Virus record (IMG/VR): IMGVR_UViG_3300045988_019982
Reading direction: 5' to 3' (one strand)
DNA: 44,188 nt
Origin: a virus
Taxonomy: Duplodnaviria; Heunggongvirae; Uroviricota; Caudoviricetes
Shown here: piece by piece, positions 36,661 to 44,188 of the stretch
How positions within the stretch are numbered: the first letter of the stretch is position 1
How the letters are laid out: every line of letters begins with the position of its first letter
The notes under the pieces: model-generated
Told to the model about the DNA's origin: nothing
Databases searched by the model: none
Seen by the model: only the letters and a program-made list of their open reading frames with translations
Made by a program: the position numbers and the translations under genes

Positions 36661-36995
36661 AGGTCGAGAATCTCACGTGCTAATTCATCCGTCTTCCAGT
36701 CGCACGGGCTATCTATTACCCGTTTAGCAAGCCTACGTAACTTAAGCTCAAGTTTTACGTAATCCGGGAACTGTTCTTTGTATTTCTGTAACTCGGCGTT
36801 AACTTCTGCCAGTCTTGACACAAGCCCTTCTATCTCCATGTCCGTAGTTGTTATGTAGTCCTGGAAACTGTCATCCAGTTCCTTGTAGTCTTCGTAACTC
36901 ACCCAATCACCTTCGTCACTCTTCACTAGCTCGTGATACGGGTGGTACGGGTTAGCGCCCACATCTTTAAACTCATATCTCTGTACCATAATCAC
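36657..36995 (-). CDS. hypothetical protein (112 aa)
   Basis: ATGA coupling to downstream gene. Confidence 0.45.
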   Translation of the reverse strand: MIMVQRYEFKDVGANPYHPYHELVKSDEGDWVSYEDYKELDDSFQDYITTTDMEIEGLVSRLAEVNAELQKYKEQFPDYVKLELKLRRLAKRVIDSPCDWKTDELAREILDL

Positions 36996-37195
36996 TTCTC
37001 CTGTTTACCAAGTCGCTTGGGTGAGCAGATAGCGCGTACCTCTGAATCGTTAGGCTTGTCACCCTGAAACAGGAAGTGCGCGTTCTCTGCGGCGCGTGCC
37101 GCTGACTGGCACGCCTCCATAGAGTAAAACGTTTCTGCTGCCGTCAGTTGCATCTGGCCTGCGGACAATACCCAGATAAATAAGATGCTGGTCAT
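36992..37195 (-). CDS. small secreted protein (67 aa)
   Basis: N-terminal signal-like MTSILFIWVLSAGQMQLTAAE. Confidence 0.45.
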   Translation of the reverse strand: MTSILFIWVLSAGQMQLTAAETFYSMEACQSAARAAENAHFLFQGDKPNDSEVRAICSPKRLGKQEK

Positions 37196-37704
37196 TTATT
37201 TAGCCCACATTTCTTGCACATCATCGAAGCCCCTTTATTGTAAAAGCGCCATTCGTGTTCACACTCTGGCTTGACTACACGGTAGCGGGTAATGTCACCA
37301 CGCCATCCGCGATGGTCCCAGCGCAACTCCCCCGCTACTCCAGGTTCGCATGCACTGGTCCCGTCACGCATCCTGATTTGTACAATAGTATCTTTCGGCA
37401 CCGGGCACTCACCACCTTCCCACTTAACCCACGGCTCCGCGACCTGAGTATCTTCTTTACGGCAACCGGATTGCTCCGTGGCGTACCCACCTTTGCGGAT
37501 AAGTTTGTACGCCTCCGCGTCACCCGTAGCTTTAACCAACGCGATATGCAACTCCTTAATCTGCGCCGACGCATCACGTAACTGATTCTTAAGTGACTGC
37601 ACCTCGTGCGCCAGGTCTTCGCACTGTTGCTTGTACGGGTTACTATTTACCTGCTGCCGTAACTGGTCAATCAGGTACTCGAATACTTCGTTTTTGTTAC
37701 TCAT
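37192..37704 (-). CDS. hypothetical protein with Cys-rich C-terminal half
   Basis: ATG at 37704 (MSNKNEVFEYL) overlaps upstream stop; helical N-terminus; C-x2-C at end (CKKCG). Confidence 0.5.
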   Translation of the reverse strand: MSNKNEVFEYLIDQLRQQVNSNPYKQQCEDLAHEVQSLKNQLRDASAQIKELHIALVKATGDAEAYKLIRKGGYATEQSGCRKEDTQVAEPWVKWEGGECPVPKDTIVQIRMRDGTSACEPGVAGELRWDHRGWRGDITRYRVVKPECEHEWRFYNKGASMMCKKCGLNK

Positions 37705-38012
37705 AGTACGTACCCAACCTTTTCTCCGCATTTACTACATGTATACTGCCTGTCGGTCGTATGCTCTGCAAAGTCGACAATCACCCGATGCTCGCATTCT
37801 TCCACTTCCGGGGGTTCCGGAATCTCCATCGACATCCAGTGTGTCGCGTCTTTTACAACAAACTGGCATTCGTCGTCGGAGAAACCTTTTTGACTCCGAG
37901 AATACGCAGCCCCATGCACTACACCGTATGTCGGGGAGTACACCCATAAATCATAATCGTACTCTTCGGGTAATTGCTCGGAGCATTTAACCCACGCACC
38001 ATTAGTGTCCAT
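37701..38012 (-). CDS. DUF551-like phage protein
   Basis: MDTNGAWVKCSEQLPEEYDYDLWV signature; first gene downstream of promoter copy C. Confidence 0.5.
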   Translation of the reverse strand: MDTNGAWVKCSEQLPEEYDYDLWVYSPTYGVVHGAAYSRSQKGFSDDECQFVVKDATHWMSMEIPEPPEVEECEHRVIVDFAEHTTDRQYTCSKCGEKVGYVL

Positions 38013-38040
38013 CTTCTGTCTCTCCTCTCGTTTGTGTAAA

Positions 38041-38072
38041 TGAATAGTAGCCTATTCTATCTTAGTGTGCAA
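38041..38072 (-). promoter_or_regulatory. promoter copy C (TTGCAC-N17-TACTAT), - strand, with GAATAG-tagc-CTATTC repeat
   Basis: Reverse complement ttgcacactaagatagaataggctactattca. Confidence 0.6.
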
Positions 38073-38299
38073 GTAAATTTATTGGTGTGTTATGGAGTCG
38101 AGGAATGCCAGTAACTCCTTCTCCGCTTCTACTTCCCTTTCTTCAAGCGACCAGGTAGCGGATCCCTCTGTTGCCGTTGCTAAATCTGTTTTCACATCAA
38201 TCATCGTGTCGATCAACGCGATTAGTTGTTCAGCCTGTTCTTTAGTAATCATTGTTGCATATCCTGCAATAGTCGCTTCTATTGTTGCGTTTGGTGAAA

Positions 38300-38342
38300 T
38301 AGAACAAAAATGAGAAAAATGATACGCTGCTGTGTAGCAGCG
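38300..38342 (-). terminator. hairpin plus T-rich tract (- strand), adjacent to extra AATAG-taac-CTATT copy at 38358-38371
   Basis: ACGCTGCtgtgtAGCAGCGT; on - strand followed by atcatttttctcatttttgtt. Confidence 0.4.
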
Positions 38343-38410
38343 TAAGACACAAAGACAAATAGTAACCTATTGACCTGTTACACCAGCGACGGCGGCTCGG
38401 GTAACGGCAT

Positions 38411-38584
38411 CTAGTGAGAAAACACTTCCTGCGCGTGTTCCCCGTAGTCAGCACGGAAATCACACCAAGTTACCCCATCCCACTCGTACACATTGTTCTG
38501 TACCACACCGCCCATACTACTGACGACCAAAACTGGTTTGCCTAGCTCTGGCATCCTCTCACTACACTTAATCCACTCACTCAT
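38411..38584 (-). CDS. short DUF551-like protein (57 aa)
   Basis: Not in track; GAGGTGA SD then ATG; MSEWIKCSERMPELGKPVLVVSSMGG... Confidence 0.4.
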   Translation of the reverse strand: MSEWIKCSERMPELGKPVLVVSSMGGVVQNNVYEWDGVTWCDFRADYGEHAQEVFSH

Positions 38585-38587
38585 AAA

Positions 38588-38731
38588 TCACCTCGTATTC
38601 ATCACAGTTTGCACACCAGCTTTCCACGCCCGCCACGCGAGACGCGTCTTAACGTTCAGGTACTCTTTCTTCGAACCCTTGTTAACCGGCAGACCCTCGA
38701 CGACGGCCCACCGTTCGAATGCTTCTCTCAT
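38588..38731 (-). CDS. hypothetical protein (47 aa)
   Basis: Not in track; fills gap between flanking ORFs; MREAFERWAVVEGLPVNKGSKKEYLNVKTRLAWRAWKAGVQTVMNTR. Confidence 0.3.
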   Translation of the reverse strand: MREAFERWAVVEGLPVNKGSKKEYLNVKTRLAWRAWKAGVQTVMNTR

Positions 38732-38734
38732 AAC

Positions 38735-38956
38735 TTAGTCCTCGCTTAACGCCTGAGTCGCGACCAGGATGATAGCGGATAAACACTGTGCGCAAGGCTC
38801 TTGCCTGAATCCGTTTTCTACGGCAATTAAGGCGTGTTGAGCATCCTGGAACAACCATTCACCGTACGATGGAGAAGCCCCGCACCACGTTTCTATTTTA
38901 TTCGTCGGTAATTTAACCCCGTCCCGATGGTCTACCTTGATTATGTGTTTTCTCAT
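38735..38956 (-). CDS. hypothetical protein (73 aa)
   Basis: ATG start; start/stop overlap (ATGA) with the upstream ORF. Confidence 0.45.
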   Translation of the reverse strand: MRKHIIKVDHRDGVKLPTNKIETWCGASPSYGEWLFQDAQHALIAVENGFRQEPCAQCLSAIILVATQALSED

Positions 38957-39225
38957 ACCAACCCCATCTTCTCTTTAACGTGCACCCAAAACTCACCGCA
39001 GTACCAGCACCACATAAGATTAGGTGTCTCGCGAACCCAACCGTAATCCCCGCGGGCGCGAATCGGGATAATGCCTTTAGTGAAATAATAACCTGTCCGC
39101 AGAAACTCAGGGTCGCGCGTCGCGGTGCGCCACATGTTATAAAACTGCGCCAGCCCGGCACCCCGACGCATGACCCGTACCTTATGAAGGGTGTCAGAGA
39201 CTTTTTCCAGTTCAGCGTTATTCAT
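38953..39225 (-). CDS. hypothetical protein (~90 aa)
   Basis: ATG at 39225 (MNNAELEK...) preferred over track start 39234; Trp/Cys-rich C-terminus. Confidence 0.45.
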   Translation of the reverse strand: MNNAELEKVSDTLHKVRVMRRGAGLAQFYNMWRTATRDPEFLRTGYYFTKGIIPIRARGDYGWVRETPNLMWCWYCGEFWVHVKEKMGLV

Positions 39226-39428
39226 TAACGGCAACCTCCCTCAGAGTCGTCGGCACGAGCATCATGATTCGATGCCGTTCGTAGCGCACGTAAAACTTTT
39301 AGCAGGTCCTTCCATACCCCGGAAGAAATAGTTGGGCCGTCGAATAAAATAACTTCGTATCTGTTTACCTGGAAATGCACTTTCTCCAGTCTATGATGTT
39401 TCAGTTCTTCAAATAATTCTTCCATCAC
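39225..39428 (-). CDS. hypothetical protein (67 aa)
   Basis: ATG start, coupled. Confidence 0.45.
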   Translation of the reverse strand: MMEELFEELKHHRLEKVHFQVNRYEVILFDGPTISSGVWKDLLKVLRALRTASNHDARADDSEGGCR

Positions 39429-39607
39429 TTCACCCCTTTGAATTTAAAATTGTTGCCGATGAGACACATATCCTGTGCGTATAAAACGGTGAGATACGAC
39501 CCCGTTAAAGATTCAGCAAAATAGATATTATTTTCTTTATGAAATGCGAATATGACCGCAAGCTCCCCAGTCCCCGTAATTCTCACCAACTGACCCTTCT
39601 TAAACAT
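39425..39607 (-). CDS. hypothetical protein (60 aa)
   Basis: ATG at 39607 with GAGGAG SD; first gene downstream of promoter copy D; track GTG start 39616 has no spacer to the SD. Confidence 0.45.
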   Translation of the reverse strand: MFKKGQLVRITGTGELAVIFAFHKENNIYFAESLTGSYLTVLYAQDMCLIGNNFKFKGVK

Positions 39608-39638
39608 AACTCTCACTCCTCTGTCTCGTTCCGATAAG

Positions 39639-39670
39639 TGAATAGTATCCTATTATGCTGGGGCGTGCAA
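39639..39670 (-). promoter_or_regulatory. promoter copy D (TTGCAC-N17-TACTAT), - strand, with GAATAG-tatc-CTATT repeat
   Basis: Reverse complement ttgcacgccccagcataataggatactattca. Confidence 0.6.
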
Positions 39671-40044
39671 GAGAATAGTTACGTTGCCGTTGTGATTCTT
39701 TCGTTTCTTAAAAGAGTACGCAACGCAGTGGGTGGGCGTTAGCCCACCCCAGCGGAGTGAAGTACTCTCCGCCTTGCTCACGGCAACTGTAGAAACTTTT
39801 AATTATCAGTGACTTAAGAGGTATGATGCCGATGAGAATAGAGCTTACCCAGGGCAACCGGAGATACAAGGAAGGAAAGTTACGGTAATTCTTATGTTCA
39901 GTAATCTGCCGCTTAACACTTCGCTTGCGCTTTGGCGCCGCTGCGTTTCAAGCGGGTATTACAAGGTGAACAGGAATCAAAGTAACTAAGATATAGAAGC
40001 ACCTTAAACGAAGATTTTCATAATGTCAATATGTGCGATTATGT

Positions 40045-40073
40045 TTGATTTCCCATTATTCGCAATGTATACT
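40045..40073 (+). promoter_or_regulatory. sigma70-like promoter (TTGATT-N17-TATACT) for the + strand operon ending with primase
   Basis: ttgatttcccattattcgcaatgtatact. Confidence 0.5.
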
Positions 40074-40105
40074 TGGTTCCTATAACTGATAATGAGGGTT
40101 TGAGA

Positions 40106-40276
40106 ATGACACAGAATGAGGTAGCTGAGCGTATCGGGGTTACTCGTCGCACACTTAATAACTGGTTAAAGAGTGGGAAGTTCCCGGATTGTTGTATCCG
40201 TATTATGGGTCGCCGTCAGCCAGGTACGTTCGACCCGGAGAAAGTGGAAGCGTGGATTAAGGAGAACGTGAAATGA
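40106..40276 (+). CDS. small helix-turn-helix DNA-binding protein
   Basis: MTQNEVAERIGVTRRTLNNWLKSGKFP is a classic HTH; ATG at 40106 with GAGGG SD. Confidence 0.55.
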   Translation: MTQNEVAERIGVTRRTLNNWLKSGKFPDCCIRIMGRRQPGTFDPEKVEAWIKENVK

Positions 40277-40506
40277 CCGAATTTCAGTCGCGCGTATTTA
40301 CGGCGGTCGTTTCGTTAACACGTAAAAAAGGGTCATGCAGTGTTATCGACTTGCGCCGTAGTTATTTTAAGTACTATAGTTCAGCCATTATTGAAGGGTC
40401 GTTGAAAGTGCTGGTTAAATCGGGTGTCGTGAAAAACGTTGGCGGGAAATATAACGCTGTTGCTGAAGTTCGCGGAATGACCGCTACTTTAGAAGACCTG
40501 GAATAA
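40273..40506 (+). CDS. hypothetical protein (77 aa) ending in LEDLE
   Basis: ATGA coupling to upstream gene; C-terminus ...RGMTATLEDLE. Confidence 0.5.
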   Translation: MTEFQSRVFTAVVSLTRKKGSCSVIDLRRSYFKYYSSAIIEGSLKVLVKSGVVKNVGGKYNAVAEVRGMTATLEDLE

Positions 40507-40565
40507 AAGAAAGCCCCGACGCGGTGAACGCCGAGGCCAAATTACTTGCTGAAGGAATATACAAC

Positions 40566-42833
40566 ATGTCCGATGTAATTTTATCCTACTCGTGGTCTCG
40601 TCGCAACGCGCGGGCGGAGAAAAAGGATATAAACGTCAAAACCACACACACGGCAACACTGGACGACCTGAAAGAGCTAATTAAGCCGCTTGATGCTATT
40701 CGTGATGGAATTAACCCGAAGACCGCGCCTGGCTACATCACCGCCGCGTGTGACTCGACGCACAGCACCGTAAAAGACCCGGAAACCGGCGACTTTAAGC
40801 AGGCGCGTAAAGGCTTCTTCTATCGTTGCGACGCGTCTGTAAGCAAATCGTCACTGGCGTATCTGGATTTCGACAGCGCAACGCCGGAAGAGTATCAGGA
40901 AGCGGTGCGCCGGGTTAAGCGCAGTCGTCGCGCGATGTGCCTCTACACCACGGCATCCCATACCGATGAGTCACCGCGCTTTCGCGTCGTCATGCCGCTG
41001 GGTCGCCCTGTCGAAGGGGGTGACATCATCCGCGTACGTCACGGGTTGCTGGAACACTTCTTCAAAGGCATGGGCGCTGACCGCAGCGGGTTCACTCTGT
41101 CGCAGCCGATGTATCTGCCTCCGGTCGGCGCTACCGTTATCTGGTCGCGCCGTAACGACCTGATTGACCCGGACGAGTTGCTTGAAGGCATCCCCGACGT
41201 TGACGTTAGCAGCGCATCCGACTACCAGATACCGGAAGAACTGCGCACCGCGTTTACTGATGCGTTTGAAGCACTGGCATTCGAGTACGGCGGCATCATG
41301 ACACCCCGCGGTCTGAAAATGCCAGCTACGCCGGAACACGCAGAAAACTACAGCGACCCGACGCCGCGTCCGGATGACTTCCTGCTGTGTTTCCCGCGTG
41401 AAGGGTACGAAGCGCCGAACGTAACCATGATTCATGACACCGACATTACGGCGACCGAAGGCATGCCACCGAAAGAGGTGTGGAAGTATGCGTGCGATGC
41501 GACAGGGCTGCCGTTCAGTGAAGTTGCAGAGGCCATCGGATGGGGTGCACGTGAATCTGTTTCATGCAGCCTGGACGACCTGGAAGACGACGAGGATCCA
41601 GAGGAGGACGAGTTACCGGAACCGGTAAAGGCGGATTTCGTCGTTGAGGGGTACATGCCGTCGGATTGCATCTGGGATATCGTCGGGGAATCTGGCACGT
41701 ACAAATCGTTCTATACGCTGGGGATGATGTACCTCAGCGCCGCCGGATACCGGTTTGCGGGAGCCGATACGCAGCGTTGCCACCATTTCTATATCGACGG
41801 CGAGGGTGGTGCAGCTACGCGCACACGTATCGATGCACTCGCGGCTAAATACGGCGAGGAAGGTAAAGATTATGTACATGTCATTGACATGGGTGAAGTC
41901 GGCAAGCTGAAAAACCTGATTAAGTTGATGCGTGAAACTGCTGGCGACGAGCCAATTGGCATGGTTGCGTTCGACACCCTTAACCAGACGCTGGCCCTGA
42001 CGATTGATAAGTTTGACGAGAACAGTTCATCAACGGCAATCGGCATGGGTAAAGTCATCGCCATCCTGAAAGAAGTGCGTGACGCGACTAAAGCTGCGGT
42101 AGGCGTTGTCCACCATACGCCGAAGGGTGGAAAGAAAGCCCGCGGCAGCGGGGCGCTGTATGCGGGCGTCGACGTGGAACTGACAATTGAACGCGCAACC
42201 GACCGCCAGATAAACGTATATCACTCTAAATTTAAGCACGGGCCGCAACAGAAGACGGTCGGCATGGTGCTTGAGTCTGTACAGTTCCGTGAAGCGCCGC
42301 CGCCGAAAGAGTATCGCGCCGTTGAGTTCCTCGGTAGCACGGAGGAATACGGCACAATAGTAAACCTCGACCTGCCGGAGCCGCACAAGGCGCTTGTGCT
42401 GATGCCGTGGGGCTTCGAGCCGTTCAAGACTGACGAGGAGAAAGAGCGGGAAGAAGGTCTGACAAAGGAAGGTAAAGAAAACGTACGTAAAACCGTAGAG
42501 AACGCCGTCAACAGTTCGGAGGCCACGATACTGGCAGCGTTTGAACTGGCAGAAGGAACCTACAGCGGCAACGAAGGTATCACGGTAGCCGCAGCGAATA
42601 AGCTCGCACAGTCCGACCCTAACGCAAAGGCGTTCAACTCTAAAGAAGCCATAGAACGCGGGAAGATTAAGAAAATGGTTGAGGCCGGGTATCTTGTTCC
42701 GGGTACTGACGAAAACAATCAGATAATCCCTGGCCGTTACAGGCTGAACACCCGGATAACGGATAACAAGATTCCGAAGACAATATACGAACCGAATGAA
42801 ATGTTAACAGTGACAGAGGAGGATTTGGAATGA
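40566..42833 (+). CDS. primase-helicase (P-loop NTPase with N-terminal primase-like region)
   Basis: Walker A-like GESGTYKSF, VVHHTPKGG; ATG at 40566 with AAGGAA SD (track GTG start 40524 lacks SD); C-terminus ...VTEEDLE. Confidence 0.75.
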   Translation: MSDVILSYSWSRRNARAEKKDINVKTTHTATLDDLKELIKPLDAIRDGINPKTAPGYITAACDSTHSTVKDPETGDFKQARKGFFYRCDASVSKSSLAYLDFDSATPEEYQEAVRRVKRSRRAMCLYTTASHTDESPRFRVVMPLGRPVEGGDIIRVRHGLLEHFFKGMGADRSGFTLSQPMYLPPVGATVIWSRRNDLIDPDELLEGIPDVDVSSASDYQIPEELRTAFTDAFEALAFEYGGIMTPRGLKMPATPEHAENYSDPTPRPDDFLLCFPREGYEAPNVTMIHDTDITATEGMPPKEVWKYACDATGLPFSEVAEAIGWGARESVSCSLDDLEDDEDPEEDELPEPVKADFVVEGYMPSDCIWDIVGESGTYKSFYTLGMMYLSAAGYRFAGADTQRCHHFYIDGEGGAATRTRIDALAAKYGEEGKDYVHVIDMGEVGKLKNLIKLMRETAGDEPIGMVAFDTLNQTLALTIDKFDENSSSTAIGMGKVIAILKEVRDATKAAVGVVHHTPKGGKKARGSGALYAGVDVELTIERATDRQINVYHSKFKHGPQQKTVGMVLESVQFREAPPPKEYRAVEFLGSTEEYGTIVNLDLPEPHKALVLMPWGFEPFKTDEEKEREEGLTKEGKENVRKTVENAVNSSEATILAAFELAEGTYSGNEGITVAAANKLAQSDPNAKAFNSKEAIERGKIKKMVEAGYLVPGTDENNQIIPGRYRLNTRITDNKIPKTIYEPNEMLTVTEEDLE

Positions 42834-43027
42834 GCGGTAAATTTAAAGAAGTAAGCGACGAACTGAAAGGTAATAAATACACCAACCACAGAGGTGAAAT
42901 AGTAGAAGTTCTTAACGTAGTTCCTTATGGGCGTGGCTACCATGTTGTGTTCAGCTACACGGAGGCTTACAGCGTGTACTGCGGGTTAGGTAAGTTTCGC
43001 AAAAGATACCCGATAAAGGTGCAATAA
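42830..43027 (+). CDS. hypothetical protein (65 aa)
   Basis: ATGA-coupled to primase stop with GAGGAGGA SD (same cassette as exonuclease/2002). Confidence 0.5.
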   Translation: MSGKFKEVSDELKGNKYTNHRGEIVEVLNVVPYGRGYHVVFSYTEAYSVYCGLGKFRKRYPIKVQ

Positions 43028-43032
43028 AAAGA

Positions 43033-43051
43033 AAGGGGCGTTAAGCCCCTT
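43033..43051. terminator. bidirectional terminator between convergent genes
   Basis: aAGGGGCgttaaGCCCCTt flanked by A-run and T-rich tail. Confidence 0.6.
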
Positions 43052-43256
43052 CACCGAACGCCAGCCACTTGGCGTCTACTTGCAGCACTTCCGCCAGTTT
43101 AAACAGCGTTGCCGGTCGGACGTCCTGAGTTACCCCGAGTGCCAGTTGGTTAATCGCGCCCTGAGAAACACCAGCCAGAACAGCCAGACGGCGCTGGGAG
43201 AGGCCTAGCTCTTTACGGCGTTGTTCTACACGGATGCCTAGTTCAGATGGTTGCAT
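43041..43256 (-). CDS. Cro/XRE-family HTH transcriptional regulator
   Basis: 71 aa; LGLSQRRLAVLAGVSQGAINQLALG HTH; AAGGAG SD; own upstream region carries the TACTAT/GAATAG element. Confidence 0.7.
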   Translation of the reverse strand: MQPSELGIRVEQRRKELGLSQRRLAVLAGVSQGAINQLALGVTQDVRPATLFKLAEVLQVDAKWLAFGEGA

Positions 43257-43283
43257 GTCAATTACTCCTTAGTCAGTTGATAT

Positions 43284-43316
43284 GTGAATAGTACCATATT
43301 AATTATTTTAGAAAAG
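43284..43316 (-). promoter_or_regulatory. promoter of the Cro-like gene with operator-like GAATAG-tacc-ATATT
   Basis: - strand TACTAT -10 about 30 nt upstream of the ATG; weak -35. Confidence 0.4.
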
Positions 43317-43320
43317 CCCA

Positions 43321-43350
43321 TTGACAACATGAATAGTTCGCTATTATAGT
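43321..43350 (+). promoter_or_regulatory. divergent rightward promoter (TTGACA-N18-TATAGT) with GAATAG-ttcg-CTATT in spacer
   Basis: ttgacaacatgaatagttcgctattatagt. Confidence 0.5.
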
Positions 43351-43381
43351 TAGCCTATACCAAACGAGAGGAGAGAAACAA

Positions 43382-43531
43382 ATGACCAATAACCGCAAAG
43401 CAAAGATTCTGTTAGGCCTTGATATTGCATTTGGAACTAAAGAAACCGCACGCTATCGCGTAAGCAACAATCGTGTTGGCTTCTTCGACAAAGCGACGGG
43501 CCGGTTAGTTAAAACCGTTAAATACAAATAA
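43382..43531 (+). CDS. small basic protein (49 aa)
   Basis: Not in track; GAGAGGAGAG SD; MTNNRKAKILLGLDIAFGTKETARYRVSNNRVGFFDKATGRLVKTVKYK. Confidence 0.4.
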   Translation: MTNNRKAKILLGLDIAFGTKETARYRVSNNRVGFFDKATGRLVKTVKYK

Positions 43532-43546
43532 ACAGGAGAACAAATA

Positions 43547-44008
43547 ATGTTAGACCAATTCTTAAAATTACTGGAACGTTTCGTAGTTGCCCATGAACTG
43601 ATTGCTGCGAACAGTGTGAAACAGGTTGTCGTTGCTGAAACTGCAACAATCGGGCCTACTGTTGCAACAAAAGAAATCCCGGTTGAAGGAGAAGACGTCG
43701 TCGACACTAAACCTGCAGAAGAAGAGAAGCCGAAACGCAAGCCGCGTAAAGGTAAAGTAGAGGAACCTGCGCCAGAGCCGGAAGAAGAGAAAGAAGAGGT
43801 CGATTACCAGTCCATTCGCGACCAGATTCAGGCTATCGACGACGCGATTAACGAGGGTCCTAGTGATGCCGCGTGCGATGATTCCGATGAACTGCTGGAA
43901 GAGTTCACCGGTAAGAAGATGAAGATTGCCGCGATTAAAGACGAAGACCTTGCGGAGTACCTGGAACGCCTGACGGCAATCAAGAACAAGTATTTCGAAG
44001 AAGAATAA
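43547..44008 (+). CDS. acidic hypothetical early protein (153 aa)
   Basis: ACAGGAGAA SD; Glu/Asp/Pro-rich linker (EEEKPKRKPRKGKVEEPAPEPEEEKEE). Confidence 0.55.
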   Translation: MLDQFLKLLERFVVAHELIAANSVKQVVVAETATIGPTVATKEIPVEGEDVVDTKPAEEEKPKRKPRKGKVEEPAPEPEEEKEEVDYQSIRDQIQAIDDAINEGPSDAACDDSDELLEEFTGKKMKIAAIKDEDLAEYLERLTAIKNKYFEEE

Positions 44009-44015
44009 TTATCCC

Positions 44016-44034
44016 GCGGCCTTCGGGCCGCTTT
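44016..44034 (+). terminator. weak hairpin terminator before the repeat
   Basis: GCGGCCttcgGGCCGC followed by ttt. Confidence 0.3.
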
Positions 44035-44047
44035 AACTGAGGGTCGG

Positions 44048-44188
44048 AATTATGGCTATTTTAGCTAAGAAAAGTGGGCTTATGATTTCAGGGCGAGTCA
44101 TAGAAGAAACAGATAACTTTGTATGCTTCCACGCGGTAGATAATAAACGCCCTACGTATGTACAAAAGTCGGATAAAACACAAAAAGT
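44048..44188. repeat. Terminal direct repeat, copy 2 (identical to 1-141)
   Basis: Exact 141-bp match to the window start, including the first 137 bp of the 5-208 ORF. Confidence 0.9.

Noticed and set aside
38092-38463. Track ORFs 38092-38313 (+) and 38242-38463 (-) as genes
   Set aside because: Low-complexity translations (Ser/Ala runs; FFSFLFYF) with no SD. The region is better explained by short - strand genes at 38411-38584 and possibly 38079-38252 (57 aa, ATG with weak SD; too uncertain to list as a feature) plus a hairpin with T-tract at 38300-38342.
38913-39161. 82-aa - strand ORF overlapping 38953-39225 in another frame
   Set aside because: Almost entirely embedded in the better-supported overlapping ORF, which is coupled to its neighbours by stop/start overlaps; no start signals of its own.
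39700-39790. Possible tRNA or other structured RNA gene at the hairpins in the large non-coding region
   Set aside because: Could not assemble a cloverleaf with acceptor, D, anticodon and T arms or a GTTC T-loop motif; treated only as a generic structured or origin-like region.
1-44188. CRISPR array, integrase/excisionase with attachment site, CI-type repressor, transposase or other mobile element
   Set aside because: Searched for regularly spaced direct repeats, tyrosine/serine recombinase-sized ORFs and transposase signatures and found none; repeated hairpins are terminators and repeated 30-mers are promoters. The phage appears strictly virulent.

Overview
The window is one complete, wrap-around copy of a ~44.0 kb tailed dsDNA phage genome: bases 1-141 are repeated exactly at 44048-44188, giving a unit length of 44,047 bp. 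Gene content and order look like a virulent siphovirus of enterobacteria, of the Jersey/K1-type (Guernseyvirinae-like) kind; that family assignment is from memory of the architecture, not from a search. The + strand carries a replication module (Cas4-like exonuclease, gp2.5-like SSB, family A DNA polymerase, VRR-NUC nuclease, C5-cytosine methyltransferase, SF2 helicase, primase-helicase). The - strand carries packaging, head and tail genes (terminase, portal, MuF-like protein, scaffold, major capsid, tail genes with a G/T frameshift, tape measure, J-like protein, tailspike), a lysis cassette (two holin-like proteins and a GH24 endolysin), a separately placed spanin pair, and about 25 small early genes. 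I found no integrase, no CI-type repressor, no tRNA and no CRISPR array. The observations I rate highest are: (1) a recurring promoter/operator element (TTGCAC-N17-TACTAT with an embedded AATAG-N4-CTATT inverted repeat) at eight or more sites; (2) two opposite-strand cassettes inserted in the structural module, each with its own promoter copy and a near-identical terminator, one encoding a metallophosphatase, a HAD phosphatase and a P-loop kinase; (3) a methyltransferase gene whose conserved motifs are split across two reading frames; (4) a shared C-terminal TEEDLE/LEDLE tail on three replication-region proteins. Many start codons in the supplied ORF track are GTG/TTG; I re-called starts where an ATG with a Shine-Dalgarno or a stop/start overlap was visible. 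All product calls are from motifs I could read by eye and are unverified by search.
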